This document shows positions 60,620 to 64,000 of a stretch of DNA of 64,000 nt, in pieces. The first letter of the stretch is position 1; every line of letters starts with the position of its first letter. The stretch is from Chthoniobacterales bacterium (lineage in GTDB: Bacteria; Verrucomicrobiota; Verrucomicrobiia; Chthoniobacterales; JAATET01). The stretch spans positions 7,113 to 71,112 of the forward strand of contig JBGTDR010000050.1 of the NCBI GenBank assembly GCA_041748215.1. The letters are read 5' to 3'. Below the pieces are notes generated by a model that saw only the letters and a list, made by a program, of their open reading frames with translations, had not been told where the DNA came from and made no database searches. The position numbers and the translations under genes were made by a program.

Positions 60620-63316
60620 TTAGGGAGCGTCCGGACTTTGTGCAATGCGACTTTCGGGCCGCCGGTTGGGGGATTTTACGAGGGTGAAAATGAATCGCGA
60701 TCCGACGCCCGGCGTGCTTTCCGCACGGATTTTTCCCCCGTGACGTTCGACGATTTTTCTGCAGATCGCGAGACCCACGCCGGTCCCCTCGAAGTCACCC
60801 CGTCCGTGCAATCGCTGAAAGACACCGAAGACCGCTTCCGCGTACTTTTGCTCGAAGCCGATTCCGTTGTCGCTGACGGTAAATTCCCACGCCGCCCGCC
60901 GTCGTCCGCGACCTGGAATCTCCCGGGCGCTCACCTCGACCACCGGCGGCTCGTCCGAACGGTGGTATTTCAGAGCATTGCCAATCAGATTTTGGAAGAG
61001 CTGGCGAAGCTGAACATCGTCAGCGGGCAACGTCGGGAGCTCGCCGATCTCCACGCGCCCGCCGGATTTTTCCATCCGAATTTCGAGGTCGTGCACCACG
61101 GTCTGGAGGAGGACGGCGAGATCAATTTCGGTAAACGCGCGATCCGTGGTGGTGACGCGTGAGTACGAGAGCAGAGCCTCGATGAGCGATTGCATGCGAG
61201 CAGCCGCACCCTGCATCCGGGTGAGATAATCCCGTTCATCCGCGTCGAGGCGCTCGGCGGTCCGCGCCAGGAGCCGGTCACCGAAGGCCTGAATTTTTCG
61301 AAGCGGCTCCTGGAGGTCGTGAGACGCGGCGTAAACAAATTCCTGCAGCTCCGCATTTTTTTCCCGGAGCTGTTCGGCGGATTCCTGAAGCCGGACCGCG
61401 GCTTCACGCCGTGCGCTGATGTTTTCGGCAATGGCCAGAAACCCGATGGTTTCATCCCGGCCGTCACGCAACGGCGAGAGGCACAGCGAAACCGGAAATG
61501 GCGATCCCTCGCGCGGCACGAAAGTCCACTCACGGATCTCGGATTGCCCGGTGCGCACGGCCGCCACCAGAACGTCGAATCCCGCTTCGACTGGATACCC
61601 GCTCTCGCGAACAAGCTCTTCGGCGCGGGCGGAAATTTCGTTTTCGTCGTGAAAAATCAGGGGCGTTTCGCGGCCCGTGAGATCGACTGCGTCCCATCCG
61701 AGCTGGCGTTCGGCGGCCGGATTGACGCGCTGGATCACGCCATCGAGATCTGTTGAAATGATGATGTAAGGCGCGCTGTCGAGGATGGCATGTTGAAGGG
61801 CGAGGGCATTGCGGAGCACGGATTCAGCCTCCGCGAGCGATCGAGTGCGCTCGATCACGCGAATTTCCAACGATTCCTCAGCGAGCTTTTGGTCATGGAT
61901 GTCGGTGCTGGTGCCGATCCAACGCATCAGATTTCCGCTGGTGTCGTATTCGGGCTCTGCCCGCCAGAGGTGCCAGCGCGTTTCGCCGTCCGATCTGCGT
62001 CGGATGCGATACGATCCCGATCCAGCGCGGCGCTCTCGCACCATCGCTCCCCAGGCCTCCCGCGTGGGCTCGATATCGGCTGGATGGAGCACCGTCATCC
62101 AATCACCACTCACAAGTTCAGGTATTCCGAGGCCAGTGTACTCGCGCCAGCGCTTATTGAACGTTTCGAGAACTCCGTCTCCATTGGTCGTCCAGACGAG
62201 CTGAGGCATGGAATCGGCCAGGAATCGCAGGCTCTTTTCGCGCGAAGCAAGCTGGTCCCGGCTGGCAACGAGCTCCCGCGTGCGCTGCTCGATACGGGAT
62301 TCGAGGTTCGCATTAGTTTCCTCCAGTTCACGCTGCGTCCGCCCGCGATCCACCTGAAGTTGGTTGAGCATCAGCATCGCGAGGGAAACGAGACCGAACG
62401 CTACAAAACTCCCGAAAATGATCACGCCCCGGGCCTGCGCAGCGGTTTGTTGGCCGGACGCCGCGCGTTCCGCTGCGACGACCTGATCTGCGTGGATCAT
62501 TTCTTCGAGTCGTCGGGTCACCTCGGGATCACCCGGCGCCTGGTCACTCACGATCTGGCGAAGCGTTTCCATCCGCACGGCATGATCAGCTGGTTCGGCC
62601 GTCAGCGTGATCAGTCGATCCAGACTCGTCAGAGCGATCCACGCGACCACCCCGGCAAACGTCGCACTCGCCACGATCGGAATCAGCCATCCGCGTCTCT
62701 CGCCCCATGCCGGATCGGGCACCTGACGAATCGCCAGAAAAAGCGACAGTGCGGTCAGCAAAAATCCCACCGCCACGGGCGCGCTCATGCCGCTGTCCCG
62801 GCCCCACGTGTAGGCCATCGGCATCCGAAAAATGTGACCCGCCACGGCGAGAGCAGCGATCGCCAGGATGAGCGAGGCACAGATGAAAACAATGCGAGGT
62901 GCCGCGACCAGATCGCGCGGACGACACAGCAGCAAAAGCGCAATGCCCGCGCAGAGAAAACAGATCGCAGTATTGGGATCGATGTGACGGATGGCATTGA
63001 CCGCGCCGTCTGGATTCCAGTTGGCCGCCAGCAGCAACAGCGCACCATCCGTGATCAACAGCACAGCCACGATCAACCCGACGGCAAATCGATGACGCCC
63101 TGTCGCCGTGGCCAAAATGGCCAGGCCGACAAAAAGCAATGGCAGTGTCGTATGAACCGCGAAGGCAACACTCCCCGAATTCCCCGTGAAGGTGAGGTGG
63201 TGTCCGGCCGCCCACGCGATCAGGATGGCCAGGGAAATCGCGAGAACGGATCCTCCCAAAAAATAGAGCGCCCGGATATCCAACGAACGCCCAGGCTCGT
63301 CGGCAGCATTCGGCAT
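60620..63316 (-). CDS. Membrane sensor histidine kinase: multi-TM N-domain, coiled coil, 3 PAS-like segments, HisKA, HATPase
   Basis: About 8 N-terminal TM helices. The H-box is ASHDLQEPLRKI, the N-box is NLIGNALKY and the G-box is GTGVGLAICRKIV. The ATG at 63316 or the GTG at 63325 could be the start. Confidence 0.88.
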   Translation of the reverse strand: MPNAADEPGRSLDIRALYFLGGSVLAISLAILIAWAAGHHLTFTGNSGSVAFAVHTTLPLLFVGLAILATATGRHRFAVGLIVAVLLITDGALLLLAANWNPDGAVNAIRHIDPNTAICFLCAGIALLLLCRPRDLVAAPRIVFICASLILAIAALAVAGHIFRMPMAYTWGRDSGMSAPVAVGFLLTALSLFLAIRQVPDPAWGERRGWLIPIVASATFAGVVAWIALTSLDRLITLTAEPADHAVRMETLRQIVSDQAPGDPEVTRRLEEMIHADQVVAAERAASGQQTAAQARGVIIFGSFVAFGLVSLAMLMLNQLQVDRGRTQRELEETNANLESRIEQRTRELVASRDQLASREKSLRFLADSMPQLVWTTNGDGVLETFNKRWREYTGLGIPELVSGDWMTVLHPADIEPTREAWGAMVRERRAGSGSYRIRRRSDGETRWHLWRAEPEYDTSGNLMRWIGTSTDIHDQKLAEESLEIRVIERTRSLAEAESVLRNALALQHAILDSAPYIIISTDLDGVIQRVNPAAERQLGWDAVDLTGRETPLIFHDENEISARAEELVRESGYPVEAGFDVLVAAVRTGQSEIREWTFVPREGSPFPVSLCLSPLRDGRDETIGFLAIAENISARREAAVRLQESAEQLREKNAELQEFVYAASHDLQEPLRKIQAFGDRLLARTAERLDADERDYLTRMQGAAARMQSLIEALLSYSRVTTTDRAFTEIDLAVLLQTVVHDLEIRMEKSGGRVEIGELPTLPADDVQLRQLFQNLIGNALKYHRSDEPPVVEVSAREIPGRGRRRAAWEFTVSDNGIGFEQKYAEAVFGVFQRLHGRGDFEGTGVGLAICRKIVERHGGKIRAESTPGVGSRFIFTLVKSPNRRPESRIAQSPDAP

Positions 63317-63449
63317 CGCGCGCACGCTACGCTACCGCATTCACGCCATTCGAGCTGAATTCACGCCTCGCGCAAAACCGCTCGCCGTCGCGTGAAAAAT
63401 TTGCGTTTGTCTCCGCTCCGCTCATACTCGGATTCAGATCGCAGCGCAC

Positions 63450-63537
63450 GGAGGGGTGGCAGAGTGGTCGATTGCGGCGGTCTTGAAAACCGCTGTCGGG
63501 AAACCGACCGTGGGTTCGAATCCCACCCCCTCCGCCA
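63450..63537 (+). tRNA. tRNA-Ser (anticodon TGA)
   Basis: Acceptor stem GGAGGGG/CCCCTCC. The anticodon stem is gcggt/accgc with loop ctTGAaa. It has a long variable arm, T-arm GTGGGTTCGAATCCCAC and an encoded CCA. Confidence 0.9.
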
Positions 63538-63756
63538 TGGTCCCTAATCGCCCGCAAACCCTGATAAATACAGGATGTAGCCTTTGGGTGATGACCCCAA
63601 AAGGGCCGTTTTTGGGGCAGGTGTACCCAAAAGTGTCCCTCCGCCGGTGGCGGAAGGAACAAGTGACCCGGAAATTGGTCACTACTCGCGCACTGCCCGT
63701 TAACGGCTTCCGCGGGGATTCGACTACGTTTTGGCGCAACCGGGAGAGATCCAGCC

Positions 63757-64000
63757 ATGCAGCCGAAGTTCCGCCTTTATCGCCGCTCGAGTCGCGCGAA
63801 TGGCACCTACTACGCCCACGATTGCGCGACGGGAGCGCGTGAAAGTCTTGGCACGAAAAATCGCGCCGAGGCGGAGCGTCTGCTTCAAGCCCGGAACGAA
63901 TCCTTTTCCAATCCGACGTTCAGCCGGGAGCTGGCCAAAGTTTACCTTCAAGCGCAGGATCCCAACTTCGGGAATCGCACGTGGCGGGACGTCGCCCGGC
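63757..64000 (+). CDS. Tyrosine recombinase/integrase-like protein, N-terminal fragment (runs off the window)
   Basis: My own translation from the ATG at 63757 gives MQPKFRLYRRSSRANGTYYAHDCATGARESLGTKNRAEAERLLQARNESFSNPTFSRELAKVYLQAQDPNFGNRTWRDVAR, open to the window end. The pattern resembles integrase arm-binding N-termini, and it lies 219 nt downstream of a tRNA. The catalytic domain is not visible. Confidence 0.45.
   Translation, partial: MQPKFRLYRRSSRANGTYYAHDCATGARESLGTKNRAEAERLLQARNESFSNPTFSRELAKVYLQAQDPNFGNRTWRDVAR

Overview
High-GC (about 60-65% by eye) bacterial chromosomal segment, densely packed with about 58 protein genes and 2 tRNA-Ser genes. I found no rRNA, CRISPR array, IS element or large non-coding gap. 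LpxK, a LolA-like protein, DsbD and many lipoprotein or signal-peptide starts indicate a diderm. The overall gene flavour (NHL propeller, MoxR/DUF58, treXYZ, PPK2) fits a Verrucomicrobiota/Planctomycetota-like organism, but I cannot verify taxonomy from the sequence. Most of the window is housekeeping or accessory metabolism: treX-treY-treZ trehalose synthesis, xylA, galM, nadA, fabD, glycerate kinase, thrB, lpxK, dsbD plus a redoxin, PPK2, MscS, a CaCA antiporter, an amino-acid ABC importer, a TetR-controlled DevCAB/MacAB-like exporter, and several two-component proteins. Genes are very often translationally coupled by 4-nt ATGA/GTGA start/stop overlaps, at 3687, 5444, 6430, 28048, 29693, 30829, 31542, 37505, 40255, 41742, 54648 and 56549. 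Many ORF-track starts are TTG/GTG upstream extensions, and I trimmed these where a signal peptide or an overlap junction gave a better start. The best candidate for an uncharacterised system is at the left end (3-8770). There a MoxR AAA+ ATPase and its usual DUF58 (vWA-like) partner are separated by a 586-aa membrane protein and an ABC-2 exporter, all translationally coupled. This block is preceded by an alkaline-phosphatase homologue that has lost its catalytic residues and by an acidic membrane-anchored protein. Other notable items are an in-frame LMW phosphatase-serine hydroxymethyltransferase fusion, a GTGA-coupled PAP2/ArnT-like/GT2 envelope-glycolipid module near lpxK, an unknown 161-aa protein heading the treXYZ operon, and a tRNA-Ser(TGA) followed by a truncated integrase-like ORF at the right edge. 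All family assignments come from motif recognition by eye; no database search was run.
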